Positions 21,522-30,584 of a DNA stretch of 64,000 nt are shown in pieces (the stretch's first letter is position 1; each line of letters begins with the position of its first letter). Both the position numbers and the translations under genes were made by a program. Where the stretch lies: assembly GCA_963819655.1 (NCBI GenBank), contig CAWFXA010000001.1, positions 480,001 through 544,000 on the forward strand. Reading direction: 5' to 3'. The DNA comes from an uncultured Chloroflexia bacterium (GTDB taxonomy: Bacteria > Chloroflexota > Limnocylindria > Limnocylindrales > CSP1-4). The notes beneath the pieces are model-generated. The model had not been told where the DNA came from, made no database searches, and saw nothing but the letters and a program-made list of their open reading frames with translations.

Positions 21522-23147
21522 ATGTCCGCACGACCGACGACGACGATCTCACGATCGTCGGCACGAGCGATCCGCCGCCTCACGACCGCCGCCTTCGCAT
21601 CGGAGGTCCTGCTTGCCGGGATCGCCGTCGGGGCATCGGTCGCCCTCGCCGTCCGTGCCTTCGACCCGCGGCAATCGGTCGTCGATCCTGTCGTCGTCAT
21701 CGGCGCGGCCGCGGCGACAGTCGCGGTCCTCGTCCTCGGCGGACTCGCCTTCGCGACTGCCCGCATCCGTCGCCACGCGGCCGTGCTCGATTCGGAGCGG
21801 ACCGATCTGCGCGAGGCCTACGACCGAGCTCGGCTCGATTCGCTGCGTGACGGCCTGACCGGCCTCGGCAACCATCGAGCGTTCCAGGAGGAGCTCGACG
21901 CCCAGGTGGCAGCGGCCCGGGACGACGAGTCGCCACTGGCCCTGCTGATCATCGATGTCGACGATCTCAAGAAGATCAACGATCGCAAGGGTCATGCAGC
22001 CGGCGATGAGTTGCTGCGAACGGTCGCCCAGGTCATGCGGGCGAACCTCCGACGGTCGGACCGTGCCTACCGGCTCGGCGGCGACGAATTCGCCCTGTTG
22101 CTGCCCGGCTGCGAGATCGACGACGCGGGGATCATCGCCAACCACCTGCTGGCCGCGACGCTCAGCGGGCACCACGGCCGCATCGGCGCGTTCTCGGTGA
22201 CGATCGGGATCTCCGCGTTCCCGGCTCCGAGTGCCGATCGACAGCAGCTGCTCCACCACGCCGACGCCGCCATGTACTCGGGGAAGCGGCACGGCCGGAC
22301 CAAGGTCGAACGGTTCGATCCACAGCGACACGGCATCGCCGACGACCCCAGGACACTCGCGCAGCTGGTCGCGTCGGTGGAGCGGGTGACCTCGAACGGC
22401 CAGTTACGGGCCGTCTACCAGCCGATCTTCTCGTTGCGGACCGGCGAAGTCAGCGGGTTCGAGGGCCTCGTCCGGCTCGGCCCCGACGCGGAGTTCGACG
22501 AACCGACCGCGCTCTTCGTCGCGGCCGAGGCGACCAGCCGGACGATCGAGCTCGATGTGGTGTGTGCGCAGACCGTCCTCGCCGGTGCGCGGGACCTCCA
22601 GCCCAACCAGTACCTGTCGATCAATCTCTCACCGCGGACACTGGAGTCCGACGCGTTCAGTCCGCTCGAAGTGGTCGCCCTCGCGCGACGACACGGCGTA
22701 CCCCCGGAGCAGCTCGTCATCGAGCTCACCGAACGCGAGGCGGTGGAGGATCTCGAAAGCCTCCGTGCCGCCGTCGCGACCCTGCGCCGCCAGGGCGTGC
22801 GCATCGCGCTCGACGACATCGGGGCGGGTAACGCCGGTCTGCGCCTGCTGAGCGAGGTCGATTTCGACATCATGAAGATCGACCTGTCGCTGGTTCGGGC
22901 AGGCGCCACGCACGAGCCGTCGGAGGCGGTCCTGCGCGCACTGGGCAGTTTCGCCCGCCAGCGCGGTCACCAGATCGTCGCGGAAGGGATCGAGACGCCC
23001 GATCTGCTCGAGGCGGTGTTGGAGCTCCAGTACGACGCTGGTCAGGGATACCTGTTCGGGCGGCCGGCCTCGACGATGGCGATGACCAATCTCAAGCTGG
23101 TGGATCTGATCACCGGCGCCGGCCGCTCCGAGGATCCAGCCGCCTGA
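21522..23147 (+). CDS. 2-TM GGDEF-EAL protein
   Basis: [49 protein letters not shown]. Start uncertain (21480-21522). Confidence 0.9.
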   Translation: MSARPTTTISRSSARAIRRLTTAAFASEVLLAGIAVGASVALAVRAFDPRQSVVDPVVVIGAAAATVAVLVLGGLAFATARIRRHAAVLDSERTDLREAYDRARLDSLRDGLTGLGNHRAFQEELDAQVAAARDDESPLALLIIDVDDLKKINDRKGHAAGDELLRTVAQVMRANLRRSDRAYRLGGDEFALLLPGCEIDDAGIIANHLLAATLSGHHGRIGAFSVTIGISAFPAPSADRQQLLHHADAAMYSGKRHGRTKVERFDPQRHGIADDPRTLAQLVASVERVTSNGQLRAVYQPIFSLRTGEVSGFEGLVRLGPDAEFDEPTALFVAAEATSRTIELDVVCAQTVLAGARDLQPNQYLSINLSPRTLESDAFSPLEVVALARRHGVPPEQLVIELTEREAVEDLESLRAAVATLRRQGVRIALDDIGAGNAGLRLLSEVDFDIMKIDLSLVRAGATHEPSEAVLRALGSFARQRGHQIVAEGIETPDLLEAVLELQYDAGQGYLFGRPASTMAMTNLKLVDLITGAGRSEDPAA

Positions 23148-23527
23148 CCAGCTGCTTGCCACGCAGGCCGGCTCGGGCGGCATGTTGAGCAGCATCGACA
23201 TGTGGCTGCTGGTCGGTTGGTGCCGCTCACGCTCGGGCTGGCGTGCGGCGCCGTGGCGATCGTCGTGGCTCGGCGATCCGCGTTAGAGCGGCATCGGCCA
23301 CCGTCGAGATCGGCGACGATCGGCGGCACGGCGCACAAGGCGCACACGGCGGACCATGCGCCTCGCGATTCTGGTGGCAGCAGACGATCCGGCGCTTGGA
23401 GTGCCATAAGGCCATCGACGGCCGGTTGCCAACGCCTCGCACACGCTCGGCCGTGAGCGAATACCCGCATCAACCCACCGTTACCGCCTCCGAACGCCCC
23501 GATCGTCTGGTGGGGGCAGAATCAGGA

Positions 23528-23610
23528 CCGACACCGGGCTCACGGGGGCGGGGACGAGCCGACACCGGGCACGAGCCGACACCGGGCTCATGGGGGCCGG
23601 GCACGAGCCG
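23528..23610. repeat. short degenerate tandem repeat
   Basis: CCGACACCGGGC at 23528, 23559 and 23576, interleaved with ACGAGCCG at 23554, 23571 and 23603. Confidence 0.7.
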
Positions 23611-23642
23611 CCTGACCACCTGACAGGCGGTCGGACCGCGTA

Positions 23643-24482
23643 TCAGGCGTCGGGGCTCGGATAACTGCCCAGGACCCTGGTCATCGTCGTGACGCCGCGG
23701 ACCTCGTCCAGCGCGGCCGCCATCGCGGGATCGGCCATGTCGCCGTCGAGGTCGATCCAGAAGACGTATTCCCACGCCCGCTCGCGGCTCGGGCGCGACT
23801 CGAGCTTGCGCATGTTCAGGCCGTGGGCGGCGATGACCCGCAGGACGGCGAGCAGGGTCCCGGGCTCGTTGCGCACAGCGACGACGAGCGTCGTCCGACG
23901 CATCGTTGGCGGGTCGATGAGGTCGGGCGGCTGGCCGTCGGGTCTGGCCAGGAGGAGGAACCGCGTCCGGTTGTCGGGCAGGTCGCCGATGTCGTCGGCC
24001 AGGACCTCGAGGCCGAACAGGGCCGCCGCCCGCGGCGACAGCACGGCGGCTGCGCCACGCTCACCGCTGTCCGCGATGGCCTTGCCGGCGCCGGCGGTGT
24101 TGTAGGTCGAGAGCAGCTGCCATGGCCGCGATCGAAGGAACACCTCCGCCTGGCCGAGGGCCTGGATGTGCGAGTACACGCGCTCGATGTCGTCGATCCG
24201 CTGGCCCGCGACGGCAGCGAGGCAGAGCCGGACCGGCACCACGATCTCGCCGCGGATCACGAGGTCGTACTCGACCAGGAGGTCGTAGTTCTCGCGGACC
24301 GTCCCGTTGATGACGTTCTCGATCGGGACGACGCCCGCGTCCGCCTCGCCGTCGGTCACGGCACGGAACACGGCCCTGAAGCTCGCCACGCTCGTGCGCG
24401 CCACGTCGCCGAACGCGGCAAGGACCGCGTCCTCGGCGAACGCACCGGGTTCGCCGGCGAACACGATGGGGAGACTGGGCAT
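23643..24482 (-). CDS. pheA: prephenate dehydratase
   Basis: GEPGAFAE, VVPIEN, SHIQALGQ, NRTRF, ACT domain with LESRP. Confidence 0.93.
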   Translation of the reverse strand: MPSLPIVFAGEPGAFAEDAVLAAFGDVARTSVASFRAVFRAVTDGEADAGVVPIENVINGTVRENYDLLVEYDLVIRGEIVVPVRLCLAAVAGQRIDDIERVYSHIQALGQAEVFLRSRPWQLLSTYNTAGAGKAIADSGERGAAAVLSPRAAALFGLEVLADDIGDLPDNRTRFLLLARPDGQPPDLIDPPTMRRTTLVVAVRNEPGTLLAVLRVIAAHGLNMRKLESRPSRERAWEYVFWIDLDGDMADPAMAAALDEVRGVTTMTRVLGSYPSPDA

Positions 24483-24608
24483 GCGCGAGTCTAGTCACCC
24501 CCACGCCCGGCGATGGTCCCATCGCCACCCATACCTCCAGCGTGGTGCGTGGAGAGGCCACGTTGGATACAACAGGACGACGACCCTCGAGACCTAGGAC
24601 CGTGCCGT

Positions 24609-27297
24609 TTGCCGAGTTTCAACAGGGGCATCCGCAGCCATCGAGAGCCACAGGCAGGCACATCCGCTGACGCTCGCTCGCTCAGCACTGTGCCGCTGCG
24701 GCATGGTCTCGTCGCATCCGCGGAACGGATCCCCACGCACGTCCGCGTCTGGGCCCTGACCGCCTTCCTGGCGGCGCTGGCCGTCGTCGGTTACGCGGTC
24801 CTGCTGGTCGATCGTCCGGGCCGCGAGGTGCCGATCGCCATCCCGTGGCCGGTGATCGCATTCGGGTTCCTCGTCGCCGAGCTCAAGGTGGTGCAGGTCC
24901 ATTTCCGCCGCGAGACGCACGCGTTCTCGCTGAGCGAGTTCCCGGCGGTCATCGGCATGTTCTTCCTGCCGCCCGCGGAGTACCTCCTGGCTGTCCTCGT
25001 CGGATCGGCAGCCGCCTTCGTGCTCACCGGCTCGCGCCCCGTCAAGCTCGCGTTCAACCTCGCGAACTACGGGCTGATCGCGGTCATCTCGATGGCGATC
25101 CTCCTGTCGATCGCATCGCCGACCGGTCCGCCCGGCATCCGCGAGTGGGCCGCGGCCTTCACCGCGACCACGTTCGCGACGGTCCTCAGCTCGATCACGA
25201 TCGCCCTCGTCATCACCCTCTCGGGCGGCGCACCGCAATTCCAGAAGCTGCCCGAGATGATCCAGTTCGGGAGCATGGTCGCGCTGGCGAACACGAGTCT
25301 CGCGCTGCTCGCCGTCACGATCCTGTGGCTCCAGCCCATCATGCTGTGGCTTCTCGTGCTCCCGCTCGTGATGATCTTCGTCGCCTACCAGGCGTACATC
25401 TCCGAACGCGAGAAGCACGAACGGCTCGAGCTGCTCTACGAGTCCTCGCGGATCCTGCAGCTGTCGCCGGAGATCGATTTCACGCTCGTGGCGCTTCTCA
25501 GCCACGCCCGCACGATGTTCCGGGCGGAGCTCGCCGAGGTCATCCTCTACCCGCGATCACCGGACGCCGAGGGCCTGTGGGCGCGGTCGTGGCACGACCG
25601 GGACCCCGAGGTCTCCAGCCCCACCAGCGACGCCCTCCAGGACTCGCTCCACGATCTCGTCCGATCGTCGACCGGGCCGTTCATGCACGAGACCCGCGAT
25701 CCGGACGGACGCGTGCGACGGCACATGGTCAGCGCGCTGCGCGGCGAGTCGGACATCATCGGCTCGATGGTCATCACCAATCGGTTGACGGAGGGGACCT
25801 CGTTCGGGGACGACGATCTCCGGTTGCTGGAGACCCTCGCCAACCAGACGGCGGTCGCCCTCGAGAACGGCCACCTGGAGCAGTCGCTGGCCGAGCTCTC
25901 TCGCCTCAAGGAGCAGCTCCGCCACCAGGCCTACCACGACCCGCTCACCGGTCTGCCGAACCGGACCCTCTTCCTCGAATCGGTGGGTGAGCGGATCGGT
26001 TCGACCGGCCCCGAGATGCCGGTCGTCATGTTCCTTGACCTCGATGACTTCAAAGTCGTCAACGACACCCTCGGTCACGAGGCGGGGGATCGGCTGCTGT
26101 GTGATGTGGCGGGCCGTCTGCGGACGACCCTGCGGTCCGGGGATATCGCCGCCAGGCTCGGCGGCGACGAGTTCGCGATCCTGCTCGACGACGACCCGGG
26201 TCTTGCCCGAGCCGAAGCGGTCGCCGACCGGATCATCGACGCGCTCCGCGCGACGTTCCCGCTCGAAGGGCAGGAGATCACGATCGGGGTCAGCATCGGC
26301 ATCGCCGCGGCCCGATCGGGCATCAGCGCGGACGAACTGCTGCGCAACGCGGATGTCGCCATGTACACGGCGAAGGCCACCGGCAAGAACAGGGTCTCGG
26401 TCTTCGAGCCGACCGTCCATGCCGCGATCGTCGCCCGCCACGAGCTGAGCGCCGAGCTGTCGCGCAGCCTCGGTCGCGGCGAGCTCCACGTCTTCTACCA
26501 GCCGATCGTGGAGTTGGCGACCCGTCGCGTGACCGGGGTCGAGGCATTGATCCGCTGGCAGCATCCGGTCCGCGGCCTGATCGGCCCGAGCGAGTTCGTG
26601 CACCTCGCCGAGGAGACGCGCCTGATCCGGCCGCTCGGTCGCTGGGTCCTGCTCGAGGCCTGCCGCCAGGCCGCCGACTGGGCCGCGGTCATCCCGGGCG
26701 GCGACGACCTGACGATGTCGGTCAACCTGTCCGCGCAACAGCTCCAGGAGCCCGACTTCGTCAACGACCTCCGCCAGATCATCGCCGACACCGGCATCCG
26801 CCCCCACCAGCTCGTCCTCGAGATGACCGAGACGGTCATGTTCCACGACACGCTGACGACCCTGTCCCGGCTTGCAGCCATCCGCGACCTGGGCGTGCGC
26901 ATCGCGATCGACGACTTCGGGACCGGCTACTCGTCGCTCGGCTACCTCCGCCGCTTCCGGGTCGACATCCTCAAGATCGCGCGCGACTTCATCGGACCGG
27001 CAGAGCGCGAAGAGGAGTGGGCGTTCGCGAGCGCGATCGTCGCGATCGGTCGATCACTCGGAGTGACGATGGTCGCCGAGGGCATCGAGGAGACCGGTCA
27101 GCTCGATCGGCTGCTCGCGCTGGGGTGCGAGCTTGGCCAGGGATACCTGTTCGCCCGCGCCAGCTCGGGCCGAGGACATCGGCGCGCTGCTCGGCGTCGA
27201 GCCGGCGGCGAGTCGCGCGACCGGGGAGCGGGCCGCCAAGGGCGGAACAGTGGCGTCGTCGGGCCGGCGACGGACCATGGCCATCGATCCGACCTAG
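24609..27297 (+). CDS. multi-TM sensor + GAF-like + GGDEF-EAL protein; frameshift near 27168
   Basis: About 7 TM segments, then DLRLLETLANQTAVALEN, HDPLTGLPNR, RSGD..GGDEF, VEALIR, DDFGTGYSSL, QGYLF. After the frameshift it reads AEDIGALL...MAIDPT* (TAG 27295-27297). Start uncertain. Confidence 0.85.
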
Positions 27298-27318
27298 GCC
27301 TGGGTTACCGAAGCCATC

Positions 27319-27915
27319 ATGTTCATCCTGTACGCGCTCGTGATCGGCGTCGGGGTCGGGCTCGCCCTCGGTGGGCGCCCCGCAGGGCTCGGCAGCCTGC
27401 GGTTCCGCTGGTCGGGCGTGATGCTCGCCGGGCTGCTCGTCCAGGTCGTGCTGTTCTCCGACGCGGTCGCGGGACGCATCGGCGCGCTCGGACCGCCGAT
27501 CTACGTGGCGTCGACCGTGTTGGTGCTCGCCGCAGTCGTCGCCAACCGCTCCATCCCGGGCATGGCCATCGTCGCGCTGGGCGCAGTGAGCAACCTTGCC
27601 GCGATCGTCGCCAACGGCGGGTACATGCCGGCGGCCCGATCCGCCCTGGACGCCCTCGGCAAGACCGATCCGACGACGTATTCCAACAGTGCGACCGTCG
27701 AGCATCCGGCCCTCGGGCCGCTGACGGACATCTTCGCGATGCCCTCGTGGCTGCCCTTCGCGAACGTGTTCAGCGTCGGCGATATCCTCATCGTCGCCGG
27801 TGTCGTGACGACGATCGTCCTGGCGATGCGGAGCCCCGCGCAGGACGGCGAAATGGGCAGGGGTGCCCCCGAGCAACTCCCCCATCCAGCCGACCTCGCC
27901 AGTACGGTCGAGTGA
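27319..27915 (+). CDS. DUF5317-family membrane protein
   Basis: Family-like motifs GG...L..LRFRW, SNLAAIVANGGYMP and LTDIF...VFSVGD, recognised from memory. Confidence 0.8.
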   Translation: MFILYALVIGVGVGLALGGRPAGLGSLRFRWSGVMLAGLLVQVVLFSDAVAGRIGALGPPIYVASTVLVLAAVVANRSIPGMAIVALGAVSNLAAIVANGGYMPAARSALDALGKTDPTTYSNSATVEHPALGPLTDIFAMPSWLPFANVFSVGDILIVAGVVTTIVLAMRSPAQDGEMGRGAPEQLPHPADLASTVE

Positions 27916-27975
27916 CTGGTCCCGCGTCCTCGCCGGCCGCACCATCCCGAACGAGGGACGCTCGTCCCCCCGCTA

Positions 27976-28057
27976 ACCGGATCGTCCAGGGCAAACCCGT
28001 CGCGAGGCGGGGACGCAAAGCCAGGGATCTCTCATTCGAGACCGCCCGGCTGCCGGT
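27976..28057 (+). ncRNA. c-di-GMP-I (GEMM) riboswitch aptamer
   Basis: CAGGGCAAACCCGTC-GCGA-GGCGGGGACGCAAAGCC...GGCTGCCG matches the class I pattern GGCAAACC..GNRA..GGGACGCAAAGCC..GCUGCC. Confidence 0.92.
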
Positions 28058-28095
28058 CCTGCGAGCGTCGACCCTTCGCTGAAGAAGGAGAACGC

Positions 28096-28185
28096 GTGAA
28101 GGCGAACCTGGCGCGCTTCACCTGGGCACTCACGCTCCTGGCCAGCATGGCCCTGACCGTGGGAGCCGGGATCCGGTGGAACTGA
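28096..28185 (+). CDS. 29-aa signal-peptide-like small protein MKANLARFTWALTLLASMALTVGAGIRWN
   Basis: AAGGAG RBS 5 nt before GTG; GC3-rich codons; lies directly downstream of the riboswitch and upstream of a strong hairpin. Confidence 0.8.
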   Translation: MKANLARFTWALTLLASMALTVGAGIRWN

Positions 28186-28304
28186 CCGTGGCGGCATACG
28201 TCGCGGCCTCGACCGACCGGGTCCAGTCGACGACCGGGTACCACCCCGAGATCGTCATCGAGTCCGGGCACCGCTGGGGCTGAGTTCCAGCGAGCCGATC
28301 TCAT

Positions 28305-28335
28305 CGAGGGGCGCCGGCCACGCCGGCGCCCCTCG
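28305..28335 (+). terminator. GC-rich hairpin, probable terminator
   Basis: CGAGGGGCGCCGGC-CAC-GCCGGCGCCCCTCG is a 14-bp perfect stem; the U tract is weak. Confidence 0.6.
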
Positions 28336-28427
28336 TACGTGTCCGGGATGGGCGCCTGGCCTCCGGAACGGGGATCCTGGACCCACTCGTGCATGGTGCT
28401 ACTCTTGTGTGCATGGGAGGACCGCGC

Positions 28428-29210
28428 ATGACGGTTCCCTGGGTGGATGCCCCCCCGGAAGACGCTCGCCGCGCTCTTGTGCTCCATGATCGCCCAGCGG
28501 TCGTGGACCTCATCGAGCTGACGCTGAACCACGGTCTCTTCGTGGTCCGAGCCGCGCAGACCCTGACCGAGGCGATGGATCTCCTCGCGACGTGGCACCC
28601 GCATATGGCCGTCGTCGACATGGATCACGACGAGAGTGCCGACTTGCTCAAGCGCCTGGGCGCCTCCAATAACCTGGCGGCGAGCGGCACGCCCGTCCTC
28701 GGCCTCACGCGCCGCGGCGATCTGCGGAACAAGCTCAAGGCATTCGACCTCGGGGTGGACGACATCCTGGCGATGCCGTTCTCACCGGAAGAGTTGTTGG
28801 CCCGGTCGATCGTGATCACGCGTCGGGCTTCGGGGGTCGACCGACCGATCGTCCCCACGATCAGACTCGGCGAGATGGAGATCGACATCGTCAATCGTGT
28901 GGTCCGTGCGGGCTCTTCCGTGATCCACCTGAGCTCCATCGAGCAGAGCCTGTTGTACCTGCTTGCCAGCCGGGGTGGTCGGGTGATCTCCCGGGACGAG
29001 ATCCTGGACGGCGTCTGGGGCACCGACTTCGTGGCCGAGAGCAACATCGTCGATCGCCATATCCGGAGCCTGCGGATCAAGCTGCAGAACGACTACCGCC
29101 ACCCGCGCTTCATCGAGACGGTCCCGGGCAAGGGCTATCGGTTCATCCCGACATTCTCGAACCAGGGCTGGGACGGTGGGTCCGGCGCGGCCGAGGATCC
29201 GCCCGACTGA
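28428..29210 (+). CDS. OmpR-family response regulator with an atypical receiver
   Basis: GVDDILAMPFSPEELLAR plus a winged helix (SRDEILDGVWG, VDRHIRSLRIKL, IETVPGKGYRF). GGAGG RBS. Confidence 0.88.
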   Translation: MTVPWVDAPPEDARRALVLHDRPAVVDLIELTLNHGLFVVRAAQTLTEAMDLLATWHPHMAVVDMDHDESADLLKRLGASNNLAASGTPVLGLTRRGDLRNKLKAFDLGVDDILAMPFSPEELLARSIVITRRASGVDRPIVPTIRLGEMEIDIVNRVVRAGSSVIHLSSIEQSLLYLLASRGGRVISRDEILDGVWGTDFVAESNIVDRHIRSLRIKLQNDYRHPRFIETVPGKGYRFIPTFSNQGWDGGSGAAEDPPD

Positions 29211-29347
29211 CGAGATGACGGTTCGTCATGACGAGCCGTCATGACGACAACAGACTCGCCCCAGTCCCCGAAGCGTTGGACGGTCTGCGACCTGGGGGGC
29301 GGGACATCCAGCAGGGGTGCTTCGGGGACATAACCTGCCCCCCGGGC

Positions 29348-29923
29348 TCAGCGCCCCTGAGCGGCTGGGCGTGCGCCCGACACGATCCCTTCCCAGAACT
29401 CGACCGCGGCGCCCTCATACAGCAGGCCCATCCTCAACGTCTCGCCGCGCCAGTGTTCGACCGTCCGCTCGCCCTTTCCTGGCCCGCCGGGGCGATGCTC
29501 GAACCGCTCCTCCTCCTTGTACGCCGCCAGCTTCGCGCGATGGATCGCGAGCTGCTGCTCGGCAAGTCGCAGCCTGGCGTCCGCGGACGCCAGGTCGGCG
29601 AAGAACAGCTGCAGGAGCCCGGGATCGCGAAGTTCCGTGGGCACGTCGGACGGCCGGTCGAGCCACTCATCGAGGGCCGCGACACCGGCATTCGTGATCG
29701 TGAAGACGCGTCGCCGCCGGCCTTCGGTCTCGCGCGTCTCGGTAAGCAGGCCAAGGGCAGCGAGACGGGGAGGTTCGCTGTACAGAAGGGTGTGCGGGAA
29801 GGACCAGAAGTTTCCCAGCGTTGCTCGAACGTGGCGCTCCAGGTCGTAGGGCGTGGACGGTCCTTCCCGTGCGAGGAGCCCAAGGACGAGGTAGGACGTG
29901 GGGGTCAGGGTCCCGCTTGACAT
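29348..29923 (-). CDS. PadR-family transcriptional regulator
   Basis: LVLGLL...TPYDL...FWSFPHTLLY...RRRVFTITNAG. Confidence 0.88.
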   Translation of the reverse strand: MSSGTLTPTSYLVLGLLAREGPSTPYDLERHVRATLGNFWSFPHTLLYSEPPRLAALGLLTETRETEGRRRRVFTITNAGVAALDEWLDRPSDVPTELRDPGLLQLFFADLASADARLRLAEQQLAIHRAKLAAYKEEERFEHRPGGPGKGERTVEHWRGETLRMGLLYEGAAVEFWEGIVSGARPAAQGR

Positions 29924-29930
29924 AATACGC

Positions 29931-29945
29931 ATCGTACCATACGAT
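29931..29945. promoter_or_regulatory. palindrome containing the padR -10 box; candidate PadR operator
   Basis: ATCGTA-CCA-TACGAT; on the minus strand TACGAT lies 7 nt before the padR ATG. Confidence 0.5.
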
Positions 29946-30067
29946 ACGAACTATTCCGCACTGTCCACACCGGACCAGTCGCCGGGGAAATCCAAACCCG
30001 GTGGGCATCCACGATGCTCGAACCTGGACCCGCTCACGCCAGCGCGGCCAGTAGCAAGGGTGGTTAC

Positions 30068-30505
30068 ATGACCACGGAAACCCTGAGGATGATCGAGCGG
30101 ATCCCGCTCGAGGTCCTGAACAACGGCAACTTCGGTCTTCTCGACGAGATCGTGTCGACTGATTTCGTCGAGCACTATGCCCAGCAGGGCGTGCCCCCGA
30201 CGCGCGAGGGCTTCAAGCAGACCGTGACCGCGCTCAAGACCGCGTTCCCCGATCTCCACTACACGATCGACGACGCGCTCGAGAGTGGCGACAAGATCAT
30301 CCATCGCCTGACCGCGAGCGGCACCATGAAGGGTGACTTCATGGGCATCCCCGCGACGGGCAAGCGAGCGACGTGGACCGAGATCCACATCGGGAAGGTC
30401 GCCAATGGGCGCCTGACCGAGCACTGGGGTCTCGTCGATCAGCTGGGCATGCTCGTCCAGCTCGGCGTCGTTCCTGCCCCTGGCAGGGTCCCCGTCACGG
30501 TCTAA
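30068..30505 (+). CDS. SnoaL-like ester cyclase family protein
   Basis: AFPDLHYTIDD...GTMKGDFMGIPATGK...EHWGLVDQLGMLVQLG. Confidence 0.88.
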   Translation: MTTETLRMIERIPLEVLNNGNFGLLDEIVSTDFVEHYAQQGVPPTREGFKQTVTALKTAFPDLHYTIDDALESGDKIIHRLTASGTMKGDFMGIPATGKRATWTEIHIGKVANGRLTEHWGLVDQLGMLVQLGVVPAPGRVPVTV

Positions 30506-30525
30506 GTCGTCGACGACGACGCGAT

Positions 30526-30553
30526 GAAGGCCCCGGCATACGCCGGGGCCTTC
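30526..30553. terminator. hairpin between convergent genes
   Basis: GAAGGCCCCGGC-ATAC-GCCGGGGCCTTC. Confidence 0.7.
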
Positions 30554-30584
30554 GTGCGTCCCACTCGAAACGGCGGCGTGTCGG

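Noticed and set aside
24513-28082. 1189-aa ORF as a giant GGDEF-EAL fusion
   Set aside because: The tail after GYLFAR is out-of-frame, Arg-rich text running over DUF5317 and the riboswitch; it results from a frameshift near 27168.
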